DNA from: Myxococcota bacterium
Lineage (GTDB): Bacteria; Myxococcota_A; Polyangia; Polyangiales; Houyiibacteriaceae
DNA length: 64,000 nt
Reading direction: 5' to 3'
Assembly: GCA_039030515.1 (NCBI GenBank)
Contig: JBCCEA010000008.1
Coordinates: forward strand, 32,001-96,000
Shown: positions 18,794 to 29,813 of the stretch, piece by piece
How the letters are laid out: each line of letters begins with the position of its first letter
How positions within the stretch are numbered: position 1 is the stretch's first letter
Notes under the pieces: model-generated
Databases searched by the model: none
What the model was told of the DNA's origin: nothing
What the model saw: only the letters and a program-made list of their open reading frames with translations
Program-made: the position numbers and the translations under genes

Positions 18794-20416
18794 CTAGATT
18801 TCGAACGCCATCGCCTCAAGTCGCGCCAGCTCTCTCACCCGCACCACCTCCGCTACAAGAGCAGAGACATCAGCGGCGATCGCGTCGCTCGTCAGTTCGA
18901 TCTGGCTCTCTGCCAACGCATTCGCAGATCGAAAGGTCGCCGAAAGAGACGAAGCCAGTTCGGCCAAGCGCTGATCAAGCTCAGAAAGATCGATCTCAGT
19001 CTCCGCGACTACTGCTCGAGCCATGTTCTCATAGGCATGCTTCAACTCGTCCGGCGTACCCGCCGGAACGATATCCGGAAACATCTCTGCGTAGCTCACC
19101 AGAGTTCGCCAGAGTTCATGGGCCTTGACCGGATCTGGCTTTTCGCCACGCAGGTCATTGGCCGTCGATTCTACGTAGCGCCAAGCGGCACGATACTGCG
19201 ACAAGTCTACCTGGTACTCCATCTCCTCGGCGCGCGGCCAAAGCAAGTGACGAAACGAGTGCCGATGCTGGGTTACGGAATCCTGGAGTGCGTTGCTCGA
19301 TTCAGGCAACCTCGCAAAAAGAGAGGCGGCGACCCGGTCCGCATGGGCCAGCAGGTCCACACTCGCCATGCGGCGCCGAAGCCGGTGGGTCGTCCGACTG
19401 AGCAGAAGCTCTGCCTGACGTATCGCGATCTCCGTCGCATCGTCGAGCGCCCTTGCGTATTCACTCCCCCAACGCCAGAGCTGTTCTCGCTGTGCATCTA
19501 CGATGCGCTGAATATCTCGAGCTCTCTGGCGATCCATCTCTCGAAGCTGCTCCAAGTGGTGACCCGCTCTGCGTCTTAGATAGACGTAAAGGCCCAGGTA
19601 CAACAAACCATAGACCGCTAGCCAGCCCCCTAGGGCGGTAATCGTGGGCAACTGCTCATTGATGAGTTCGACAAAAGGCCCTTCGAAATCGAGTTTTAGT
19701 TGCGTCGCCAGATGCTCTTCAACCCACAGGATCAACCGCTTTCGTGCCGATATGGTCACATCGACCATCACGACGAGCAATACGAGCACTACGAGAGAAA
19801 GTCTTCGAACGATGAGACCGATGGGCACCTGTTGATTTTGGGTCATCAGCGCCACATGCTGGGAGCTGTACACGACGTCCACGGCCCCCAAGAAAAGTAC
19901 GAGCAGACGCTTGGTCAGGCCATACCTCGATCGAACCTTCAGTTGGTACATGCGGGGATCCGGCGGCTCCGCCTCACGCACTGCGGGAAGGCTTAGATCG
20001 ATCTTGATCTCCGTTGTCGACCCATCGAGCCTAGGAATGGAAAGCACGCTCTTCAGCGGCGTTGACGGAATGCGTCCGAGGAGCGCATCGAGAAAGCTCT
20101 CCCGAGCGGGCGCAAAGCTATCGCGGAGCACATGGCGAAGCGCTTCTAGCGTGCGTTCCACCCGCAGACAGTAGTCATCTGGACGCTTGTCGTGGAGCGT
20201 TTCCGAGGCGTCGTTCCAAGTTCCAGCAGCGTCACGATCCCAGGTGTCGACCGCACGTCCCGTTCGCCGTTCGAGTCGCCGAAGCGCTTCCTCAACGAGC
20301 CGAGCCTGAAGACGCCGCAGTTGAACGAACCAGAGAATCTTGTGTGCAAAAAACAGCAGGGCACCGAACATGCCGATGTAAAAGGCAGCCGCAACAAGTG
20401 ACCCAATAGACGCCAA
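18794..20416 (-). CDS. hypothetical membrane protein with helical C-terminus
   Basis: 540-aa ORF with three to four hydrophobic segments and an AGGAGG RBS upstream. No motif recognised. Confidence 0.7.
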   Translation of the reverse strand: MASIGSLVAAAFYIGMFGALLFFAHKILWFVQLRRLQARLVEEALRRLERRTGRAVDTWDRDAAGTWNDASETLHDKRPDDYCLRVERTLEALRHVLRDSFAPARESFLDALLGRIPSTPLKSVLSIPRLDGSTTEIKIDLSLPAVREAEPPDPRMYQLKVRSRYGLTKRLLVLFLGAVDVVYSSQHVALMTQNQQVPIGLIVRRLSLVVLVLLVVMVDVTISARKRLILWVEEHLATQLKLDFEGPFVELINEQLPTITALGGWLAVYGLLYLGLYVYLRRRAGHHLEQLREMDRQRARDIQRIVDAQREQLWRWGSEYARALDDATEIAIRQAELLLSRTTHRLRRRMASVDLLAHADRVAASLFARLPESSNALQDSVTQHRHSFRHLLWPRAEEMEYQVDLSQYRAAWRYVESTANDLRGEKPDPVKAHELWRTLVSYAEMFPDIVPAGTPDELKHAYENMARAVVAETEIDLSELDQRLAELASSLSATFRSANALAESQIELTSDAIAADVSALVAEVVRVRELARLEAMAFEI

Positions 20417-20606
20417 GCACCCTCCTTCTTAGCGCTCCTACCTTAGCTGAACCGCGGCGCGATACCCAAACCTCGATGGGCTAAAATCTCCCCAATCTGA
20501 GCCGGTAGCCTGCCAGCAGCCCTCTCGCACATACGGAACGCGTCGCAGACAGTGGGGAGTCACGACTCTGTATCGGCAGATCTACGAACTAGGAGTGAGC
20601 GTTAAT

Positions 20607-21029
20607 CTATGCACAGGCATTGCAAACTCCTCTGAGCCGCACGTCCAGTTGCCCGTGAGCCGTCGACGTAAACCGTTCCGGAAACGGGATGCACACCGCA
20701 TCTTCGGGCAACAGGGAGATGCCGCCGCATTCACTGCACACAAAATACGGATGTGATCCAGGCCTTGAACCTGAGGATGAAACAAACCTGAAGCGCCAAA
20801 CGTGATCTCCTACGTCGTCGCGGTGCAGGATTCCGCGATCGGTGAGATCGACCAGATTACGGTACACGGTGGCCCGGTCGAAACCACGATCGGAAAGCAA
20901 AGAGCAGACTTCGGAGTGGCTCAGCGGACCCTCTGCGTTTGCCAGACATTTCAGCACAGCCAGTCGGGCTGCTGTAGCTCGGAGGCCGTGTTCACGCAGC
21001 ATCGTGCGTAATTCAGTAACGGAGTTCAT
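20607..21029 (-). CDS. Fur-family metalloregulator (Zur/Nur-like)
   Basis: GLRATAARLAVL, DRATVYRNL, FVCSECG, GVCNAC. Confidence 0.88.
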   Translation of the reverse strand: MNSVTELRTMLREHGLRATAARLAVLKCLANAEGPLSHSEVCSLLSDRGFDRATVYRNLVDLTDRGILHRDDVGDHVWRFRFVSSSGSRPGSHPYFVCSECGGISLLPEDAVCIPFPERFTSTAHGQLDVRLRGVCNACA

Positions 21030-21073
21030 TTCGTCTAGAATTGGAGCGGATGCTAGGAGAACCGTCGCCTTGA

Positions 21074-21105
21074 TGCAACGCGAATGCTGCTGCAAAGAAG
21101 ATGCA
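21074..21105. promoter_or_regulatory. two TGCA-N7-TGC(A/T) dyads, candidate Fur-family operator
   Basis: TGCAACGCGAATGCT (21074-21088) and TGCAAAGAAGATGCA (21091-21105) in the 78-bp divergent gap. Confidence 0.45.
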
Positions 21106-21107
21106 TT

Positions 21108-22925
21108 ATGGTCGCTTGGCTTCTCGGGGTAGGCGCGGTGGCGGTCGGAACAGCGGCAGGACTCGCTGGACGCCGAATGCAGCCATTTTTGTCGGGCATC
21201 GCCACGTTCGCTCTGGTGAGCGCGTTGACTATCGTCATCGGACAGCTGCTTCCGGATGCCATCGAACACCTGGGCCTGGCGGCTGTGCTCACCTTTGCCG
21301 CGGCCGGGTGCCTACCGATGACCCTGGAAAAGGTAGCTCGCGCCGTATCGAGTCGAACGAGCAAAGGCCGAGCGCGCCGGCACGCGGACGTGATCAGCCT
21401 CGAACTTAGCTATGCAGGTCTTGTACTCCATAAAATCGGAGACGGCGGAAGCATCGCCGCATTGTCGACTCCATCCCATGCGGGGCATGGGCACTGGGAT
21501 GTGATCGTCGCTGTCGGCGTCCATACCGTACCCATCGTGGCTGTGTTCGTACTCGCAACGCGACGCCTGTTCGGACTGCGTGCGGCGCTGTACCACGCCG
21601 CCGGACTGGCACTGGCCACGGCAACGGGTGTGGTGCTTGTCGACGTCATCCCCGCGGACTTCTTGAATGAAGTCGAACCTTGGCTTTCCGTGGTGGTAGG
21701 CGGGCTTCTACTGCATGTCGTGCTGCACGACTGGGGCCCTCGACCTACCTGGACACGCAAGGGACGAGTCGTCGACGTTCTTGCCGCCGCGGCTGGCGTC
21801 TCGTTGATGTTCCTCCCAAGTCACAGCCACAGCAGCGGGTCAATACGGGCCGAGGTAGGTCGCGTCTTCCTTGATCTCGCGTTGGAAGCGGCGCCCTCCT
21901 TGCTGATCGGGCTCGCTATTGGCGCAGCACTTCAGACCTTTGGAGGCCAGCTACCCCTGCAGTGGCTCCAGCGAGGCTCGAGCGTTCGCCAGGCGGTTCA
22001 AGGAGCGGTGATCGGAGCTCCGCTTCCCGTTTGCTCTTGCGGCGTATTGCCACTGGCGCAAGCACTTCGAACCAAGGGAGCAGGAACACCGCTGGTCATC
22101 GCCTTCCTTTTGGCCACTCCTGAACTGGGCGTCGAAAGCTTTGCACTCTCGGTTCAGTTTCTCGGATGGCACTTTGCGATTCTGCGACTCTTTGCCGCTG
22201 TGTTCATCGCCGTTGTGGCCGCACTGGTGATGTCTCGATTCGCCCCCCGAGCCGATCGCGGCGAGAACACTCGCTCGGAGCCCTCTCAAGACATGCAAGA
22301 GGTCCCCGCTCCACATGTGATCTCACGCTGGCTGGCCAATCTAGAGGATCTTACGGTTCACATAGCCCCTTGGACCCTGGTCGGACTTCTCGTTGCGTCT
22401 TTTTCTGCGACGATCGTGCCGCCTCAAGGGCTGCAGCAGTACGCCTCAACCACCTTGGAACTATTCGTGGTGACATTGATCGCACTTCCTACCTACGTGT
22501 GCGCAGCGTCGGCAACGCCCCTTGCCGCAGTGCTCATGGCCAAAGGTCTCTCTCCCGGTGCGATGCTGGCCGCCTTGCTACTCGGCCCAGCAACCAACGT
22601 GGCCACCGTCGGCTGGCTTAGAGGTGCTTACGGAACGCGCGCCACTGCGATTACCTTGGTCGCAGTCCTGGGGATCACCTGGCTAGGTTCCTATCTGATC
22701 AATCGGTCGACTTTCGAACTACATCTATCTGCCGAGCAGGCGGTCCACCATGAGCACGGGATTCCGGCTTTCGCCGCGCTCGCGGTGCTTTTGCTCCTGG
22801 TGCTTCGAAGCCTCTACCAGGTCGGCGTGCGGCAATGGCTCGGGTCGATCCAGCTGGGCGGGCACCATCACGGACACGGGCACCATCACGGACACGGGCA
22901 CCACCACGGACACGGGCATGGCTAG
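21108..22925 (+). CDS. DUF318/ArsP-family permease with a ZIP-like N-terminal domain and His-rich tail
   Basis: PLPVCSCGVLP, TPELG, YVCA..ATP, GPATN; N-terminal LHKIGDG/VHTVP; C-terminal (GHHHGH)x3. Confidence 0.82.
   Translation: MVAWLLGVGAVAVGTAAGLAGRRMQPFLSGIATFALVSALTIVIGQLLPDAIEHLGLAAVLTFAAAGCLPMTLEKVARAVSSRTSKGRARRHADVISLELSYAGLVLHKIGDGGSIAALSTPSHAGHGHWDVIVAVGVHTVPIVAVFVLATRRLFGLRAALYHAAGLALATATGVVLVDVIPADFLNEVEPWLSVVVGGLLLHVVLHDWGPRPTWTRKGRVVDVLAAAAGVSLMFLPSHSHSSGSIRAEVGRVFLDLALEAAPSLLIGLAIGAALQTFGGQLPLQWLQRGSSVRQAVQGAVIGAPLPVCSCGVLPLAQALRTKGAGTPLVIAFLLATPELGVESFALSVQFLGWHFAILRLFAAVFIAVVAALVMSRFAPRADRGENTRSEPSQDMQEVPAPHVISRWLANLEDLTVHIAPWTLVGLLVASFSATIVPPQGLQQYASTTLELFVVTLIALPTYVCAASATPLAAVLMAKGLSPGAMLAALLLGPATNVATVGWLRGAYGTRATAITLVAVLGITWLGSYLINRSTFELHLSAEQAVHHEHGIPAFAALAVLLLLVLRSLYQVGVRQWLGSIQLGGHHHGHGHHHGHGHHHGHGHG
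22860..22919. repeat. 18-bp coding repeat x3 (GHHHGH)
   Basis: gggcaccatcacggacac tandem. Confidence 0.9.
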
Positions 22926-22982
22926 ATCGAAGGAGACAGAAACAAGGCGTAGTGGAGCACGAGATGTCGCTTTTCAGAGGGG

Positions 22983-25886
22983 CTAGGAAGACGCCTTCTT
23001 CTTCTTTGACGCCTTCTTAGTTGCAGCCTTTTTCGACGTTTTCTTTTTCGTCACAGGGGTCGCCTCGACAGCATCTTTTTTGGAGGATGCCTTCTTTTTG
23101 GTCGTTGTCTTTTTTTTCTTGGATGCCGCTTTCTTCGTTCGTTTTTTGCTCGGTCCTGCTTCCCGACGTAGTTGCAGCAGCTCCTGAGCTCTCTCCTGGG
23201 TTAGCGTGTCTGGATCGTCACTCGAACGCAGACTCGCATTGGTTTCGCCGTCAGTCACGTACGGGCCAAACCGCCCCTTACGGAGGGTGATCGTCTGACC
23301 ACTCACCGTGTCTTCGCCGAGCTCGCGGAGCGGCTCCGCAGCCGCCCGACGTCGCCGAGTCGGTGCTTTGGAGAGCAGTTCGAGAGCCTCGGCCACAGTG
23401 ACGGTGAAGATCGATTCCTCACTCGGCAAGGTCCGACTTTCTTTGCCCTTTGAGATATAGGGGCCGAATTTGCCGTTTCTGGCTAGGATCTCCTCGCCAT
23501 CTTCAGCGACGCCAACCGCACGGGGTAGTGACAGAAGCCGAAGCGCATCTTCGACGGTCAGCTCAGCGGGATCCATCGACTTGAAGAGTGAGGCGGTCTT
23601 CGGTTTGGAGCCGTCTTCGGGCTTTTCCCCAAGCTGCACGTAGGCTCCGTACTGACTGGTGCGGAGCAGTACCGGCAGTCCGGATTCTGCATCGACTCCG
23701 ACCTGGCGGTCCGAACTGGGGGCGTCCAAAAGCTCGATCGCTTTGTCGAGTGTGAGCTCGTCCGGAGGCATCTTCTCGGGGATTTGGGCAGTGTCTTCGC
23801 CGCGCACGAGGTAGGGGCCAAACTTTCGGCCTACCCGCACCTGAATCGCAAGGCCGTCTTTGTCTTCCCCGAGTACGATCGTATTCACCGCACGCGCATC
23901 GATGGCTTGCAGATTAGAGCTCACCAGAGCACGCAGACCTGCGTCGAGCGAGACGCGCGACTCCGAAACAGCGGCTTGCGGGGCTCCAGACACCACAGCG
24001 GATTCTCCACCCTGTGAGGTGCCGTGGAACACTCCGAGCTCCGTCGGTTGGCCATCGCCCTGGCATCCGTCATTCGTATTCGCCGGCAACCCACCTCCGA
24101 AGTAAAAGCGACGAAGCCAAGGAACAGTTGCCTCATCTCCGCGGGCGATGGCGTCGAGCTGATCCTCCATGCGGGCGGTAAAGGCGTAGTCCACAAGACC
24201 ACCGAAATGCTGCTCGAGCAGCGTGATCACGGCAAATGCCTTGAACGAGGGAACGAGGGCCGTACCTCGCTTCCAAGCGTACTCTCTTGCCAGAATTGTG
24301 CTGATGATCGACGCATAAGTCGATGGGCGACCCACGCCGAGTTCCTCCAGACGTCGCACCAAAGAAGCCTCGGTAAAGCGGGCACGCGGCTGAGTCTCGT
24401 GAAGCACCGGTTTGAACTCTTGACCCGCAAGCGACTCACCCTCTTGCACTGGAGGCAGCGGGCGCTCGCGGTTTTCGAGTTCCGCCTCGGGGTCGTCGCT
24501 CCCCTCGACATATGCGCGCAAAAAACCCGGGAACGTAATGGTCAGACCGCTGGTGGAAAATTCGACCGAATCGGGGACGCCGTTTCTCTTAATCGCTCCC
24601 GAGATCCGAACCTGCAGACGATGACCGACGGCGTCCTTCATCTGCGAAGCGACCGTGCGTTTCCATACGAGCTCGTAGAGCTTGGCCTCGTCAGGACCGA
24701 CCTCTTTTGCGACCTCCGCCGGCAGCCTGAAGGAATCACCGGCCGGGCGAATCGCTTCATGTGCTTCCTGGGCATTTTTGACTTTTTTTCGATAGAGGCG
24801 CGGCTGCTCCGGCAGATAGTGGGCACCGTAAAGCCCCTCTATATGCGATCGGGCCGCGGTTAGCGCCGAGTCCGAAAGCGTGGTGCTGTCCGTACGCATG
24901 TACGTGATGTATCCAGATTCGTAGAGACGCTGGGCGGCCTTCATCGTGCGAGACGAGCTAAATCGTAGTTTGCGGCCGGACTCCTGTTGTAGGGTGGAGG
25001 TCATGAAGGGCGCGGCTGGAGCCCGCTTGTACGGCTTGCGCTCCACGGAGCGAACTTGGAACGTGCCGTGATCAAGGGCCGATTTCAGCTCTTTCGCCTG
25101 TAGCTCATCGAGCAAAAGCACGTCTTTGCTCAGCCTGCCGAGATCATCAAAATCCTTGCTGGTCGCCAACCTCTGTCCAGACACCGAGATTAGATTGGCC
25201 TCGATTTTCTGATGTGCTGCCTCCGAGGAGGGGGTGTCCGGCAGGAAATTGCCGTTGATGTCCCAGTATTTTGCGCTCTGAAAACGTATTCGTTCGCGCT
25301 CTCGCGCTACGATCACCCGGGTGGCTACGCTCTGAACACGTCCAGCCGAAAGCCCCGGCATCACCTTCTTCCACAGAACCGGGGACACCTCGTAACCGTA
25401 GAGACGATCGAGAATTCGTCTGGCCTCCTGCGCGTCTACCAAGTGCCTGTCGATATCCCTAGGATGGTCAAGCGCGTGCTGGATCGCTTTTTTGGTGATC
25501 TCGTGGAACACCATCCGCTTCACCGGAACCTTCGGTCGCAGCACTTCAGATAGATGCCAAGCGATCGCCTCTCCCTCCCGATCCTCATCGGTTGCGAGCA
25601 GGAGCTCATCAGCCTCTTTGAGCAGAGCCTTGAGCCTGGTGATGTGACTCTTTTTTTCTTCGTCTACGATGTAAAGAGGTTTGAAGTCATTTTCGACATC
25701 CACGCCCAAACGAGCAACCTCTCGCGAGCGCTTGTCCTTTTTCAGCTCTGCTGGGACGTCACTAGCCCGTTTAGGCAGGTCACGGATGTGTCCGATCGAC
25801 GACTCGACGACAAAGCGCTCCCCGAGAAAGCCGGCGATCGTGCGGGCTTTGGCAGGTGATTCAACGATGACAAGGGATTTGGCCAC
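22983..25886 (-). CDS. topA: DNA topoisomerase I (type IA) with Topo C-terminal repeats and Lys-rich tail
   Basis: LVIVESPAKA, DEDREGE, SAGRVQS, ITYMRTDS, AHEAIRP, GRPSTY, repeated GRFGPY-like units. GTG start. Confidence 0.96.
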   Translation of the reverse strand: MAKSLVIVESPAKARTIAGFLGERFVVESSIGHIRDLPKRASDVPAELKKDKRSREVARLGVDVENDFKPLYIVDEEKKSHITRLKALLKEADELLLATDEDREGEAIAWHLSEVLRPKVPVKRMVFHEITKKAIQHALDHPRDIDRHLVDAQEARRILDRLYGYEVSPVLWKKVMPGLSAGRVQSVATRVIVARERERIRFQSAKYWDINGNFLPDTPSSEAAHQKIEANLISVSGQRLATSKDFDDLGRLSKDVLLLDELQAKELKSALDHGTFQVRSVERKPYKRAPAAPFMTSTLQQESGRKLRFSSSRTMKAAQRLYESGYITYMRTDSTTLSDSALTAARSHIEGLYGAHYLPEQPRLYRKKVKNAQEAHEAIRPAGDSFRLPAEVAKEVGPDEAKLYELVWKRTVASQMKDAVGHRLQVRISGAIKRNGVPDSVEFSTSGLTITFPGFLRAYVEGSDDPEAELENRERPLPPVQEGESLAGQEFKPVLHETQPRARFTEASLVRRLEELGVGRPSTYASIISTILAREYAWKRGTALVPSFKAFAVITLLEQHFGGLVDYAFTARMEDQLDAIARGDEATVPWLRRFYFGGGLPANTNDGCQGDGQPTELGVFHGTSQGGESAVVSGAPQAAVSESRVSLDAGLRALVSSNLQAIDARAVNTIVLGEDKDGLAIQVRVGRKFGPYLVRGEDTAQIPEKMPPDELTLDKAIELLDAPSSDRQVGVDAESGLPVLLRTSQYGAYVQLGEKPEDGSKPKTASLFKSMDPAELTVEDALRLLSLPRAVGVAEDGEEILARNGKFGPYISKGKESRTLPSEESIFTVTVAEALELLSKAPTRRRRAAAEPLRELGEDTVSGQTITLRKGRFGPYVTDGETNASLRSSDDPDTLTQERAQELLQLRREAGPSKKRTKKAASKKKKTTTKKKASSKKDAVEATPVTKKKTSKKAATKKASKKKKASS

Positions 25887-26024
25887 AAGACGGGTAAATA
25901 CGGACTGCTCAGCTCTTGTCAAATCCTCGGAGCAATCGCGGACCGTGATCGATCGAAGAGCAGCGTACGTCAAGGTGGAGGCACGTTGTCCAATTTGTGC
26001 ATCGGAGCCCGAGCCAGAACATCT

Positions 26025-26447
26025 CTAAGACACTGTAATCTCTAAGGATGCGAGCTTCTTGATACGCGCTACCATCGAGTAGAGACCGTTGCTGCGCCCG
26101 ACCGAGAGGTGTTGATCCAATCCGATGCGCGCCATCGTCCCTTTGGGATCGATCGCAAGAATCTCAGCAGCTTGTTTGCCTGAGTACAAACTCAGCAAAA
26201 TGTACACCAGGCCGCGTACGATGTGCGCGTCGCTGTCCGCTTCAAAACAGAGCGCCCCCTCTGCATTTTTGCGGGCAACCAGCCATACCTGACTCATGCA
26301 CCCACGCACTTTATTTTCCTGGACCCTATGGGCCTCCTCCATGGGTGGTAGGGACCGCCCCAGCTCGATGAGGTAGCGATAGCGGTCGGTCCAGTCTTCG
26401 AGGAAGGTGATGTTGTCCACCAACTCTTCGATGTCCATAGGTGCCAC
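26025..26447 (-). CDS. sufE: SufE family sulfur acceptor
   Basis: YRYLIELG, VRGCMSQVW, ADSDAHIVRGL, LSVGRSNGL. Confidence 0.92.
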   Translation of the reverse strand: MAPMDIEELVDNITFLEDWTDRYRYLIELGRSLPPMEEAHRVQENKVRGCMSQVWLVARKNAEGALCFEADSDAHIVRGLVYILLSLYSGKQAAEILAIDPKGTMARIGLDQHLSVGRSNGLYSMVARIKKLASLEITVS

Positions 26448-26682
26448 GCTCGGACGTTAGAGCGGAACGACCGTCAAGGCCAACAGCTTGCCAGCGACTG
26501 TCCCTTTGGACATGGAACAAACTACGGGAGCGAACTGGGCTTCATCTCGACGAAACGCGGTGGTTTTAGGCTGCTCCACAGCACGAAACCCGGCAGCGAC
26601 CGCGCTGAAGTGACCCAAAGCGTAGGTTTTTTCTCAAAACAAGCGCGGCGGGTCGCCCGTGGGGTCAAATTGTTTCAAAAGT

Positions 26683-27762
26683 ATGCTCGTGATGCTTTCG
26701 GGAATCGATGACGTTCGCATACGCGAACTGCGGCCAGTGCTGTCTCCGGCGGTGCTTATGGATGAGGTTCAGCCCTCCGCCGCGGGCCAAGAAACCGTGG
26801 CGACCACCCGCCAACAGATCTCAGAGATCCTCCACGGGAGGGCGGACAAACTCTTGGTCGTGGTCGGGCCTTGTTCGGTACACGACCCGAACGCTGCCCT
26901 CGAGTACGCGCAGCGCTTGGCGGATTTTCGGGCTCAGGTCGACGATCAACTTCTGCTCGTCATGCGCACGTACTTTGAAAAACCCCGAACGGTCGTCGGT
27001 TGGAAAGGCCTTATCAACGATCCCGACCTCGACGGTTCTTGTAAGATCAACCACGGGCTTCGCATCGCACGCACCTTGCTGAGGGATATCTCTGAGCTCG
27101 GCATACCTGCAGGCACGGAGTTCTTAGACCCGATATCCCCTCAGTTCGTTGCTGATTTGGTGAGCTGGGGCGCGATCGGAGCTCGGACAACAGAGAGCCA
27201 GGTGCATCGCCAATTCGCCTCGGGTCTGTCGATGCCCGTCGGGTTCAAGAACGGGACGGGGGGTGCGATCAAGCTCGCCGCCGATGCGGTGAACGCGGCC
27301 GGCCACGCTCATAGCTTTCTGGGAGTCACAAAGCAGGGAACCTGTGCGATCGTAGAAACCCAAGGAAATCCAGACTGTCACGTGATTCTGCGCGGCGGAA
27401 GTGCAGCGACAAACTACCAGGCCGAACATGTGAAGGAGGCAACCGAGATGTTGACGAAGGCCGGATTGGAGCCTCGTCTGATGGTCGACTGCAGCCACGG
27501 CAACAGCCGCAAGAATCATGAAAACCAGCCCGGCATCGCAAGAGACCTGGCCGGCCAACTGCGCTCGGAGTCATCAGGAATCTTTGGGGTGATGGTCGAA
27601 AGCTTTCTCGTCGCAGGGCGTCAAGATCTACGGCTGGATCACCCGATGACCTTCGGCCAGAGCGTGACCGATGCGTGCATCGACTGGGAAACGACCAAAG
27701 AGGTGCTCTTGGAACTTGCAGACGCGATAGAGACCCGTCGATCCAAAGCACATAACGCATGA
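26683..27762 (+). CDS. aroG: 3-deoxy-7-phosphoheptulonate (DAHP) synthase, class I
   Basis: GPCSVHD, YFEKPRT, GWKGLINDP, IGARTTESQ, VDCSHGNS, SVTDAC. Isozyme type (F/G/H) cannot be resolved. Confidence 0.92.
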   Translation: MLVMLSGIDDVRIRELRPVLSPAVLMDEVQPSAAGQETVATTRQQISEILHGRADKLLVVVGPCSVHDPNAALEYAQRLADFRAQVDDQLLLVMRTYFEKPRTVVGWKGLINDPDLDGSCKINHGLRIARTLLRDISELGIPAGTEFLDPISPQFVADLVSWGAIGARTTESQVHRQFASGLSMPVGFKNGTGGAIKLAADAVNAAGHAHSFLGVTKQGTCAIVETQGNPDCHVILRGGSAATNYQAEHVKEATEMLTKAGLEPRLMVDCSHGNSRKNHENQPGIARDLAGQLRSESSGIFGVMVESFLVAGRQDLRLDHPMTFGQSVTDACIDWETTKEVLLELADAIETRRSKAHNA

Positions 27763-27787
27763 GTCTCTCGAAGGCGCATGGGTTCCG

Positions 27788-28144
27788 ATGACCACAATTC
27801 CCGTACCGGTTGAGATTCGAGCGCCTCTCGGAGCGCAGACCCTAGAGATCGATTGGAGCGATGGAGGCACCAGCTTTTTGCCACATCGACTCTTGCGGGC
27901 GTTCTGCCCGTGCGCCCATTGCCAAGGTCATCAAGGCCCCATCCGCTATGCTCCGGTGATAGACCAGATACCGGCCCCTTCGCTCGACCTCCAAAACCTT
28001 GAGGAGGTCGGCAACTATGCGCTGAGGCTCGTGTGGGCAGACGGGCACGCCACCGGCATCTACGCTTTTCGTTATCTGCTCGCACTCTCTGAACTCGGTG
28101 ATGCTCCTGATTCAGTGCTGAGGACGAGCACCTTTGAACGATAG
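27788..28144 (+). CDS. DUF971 / GBBH-like N-terminal domain protein
   Basis: LRAFCPCAHC, VGNYAL, DGHATGIY. Confidence 0.88.
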   Translation: MTTIPVPVEIRAPLGAQTLEIDWSDGGTSFLPHRLLRAFCPCAHCQGHQGPIRYAPVIDQIPAPSLDLQNLEEVGNYALRLVWADGHATGIYAFRYLLALSELGDAPDSVLRTSTFER

Positions 28145-28178
28145 CTGTCTGGTCACAATCGGGCTAGCTTGGTCGCCC

Positions 28179-29709
<1,531 letters not shown>

Positions 29710-29813
29710 TCAAAGCAGCCTCTCAAGTCACCAAACGCAAGCGTCATCACAGTGGGCCCGAGTCTGTGCGCTGAGTTTCGGCTGATGCGCCCGACCGGAG
29801 CGGCCTCTCTCAG

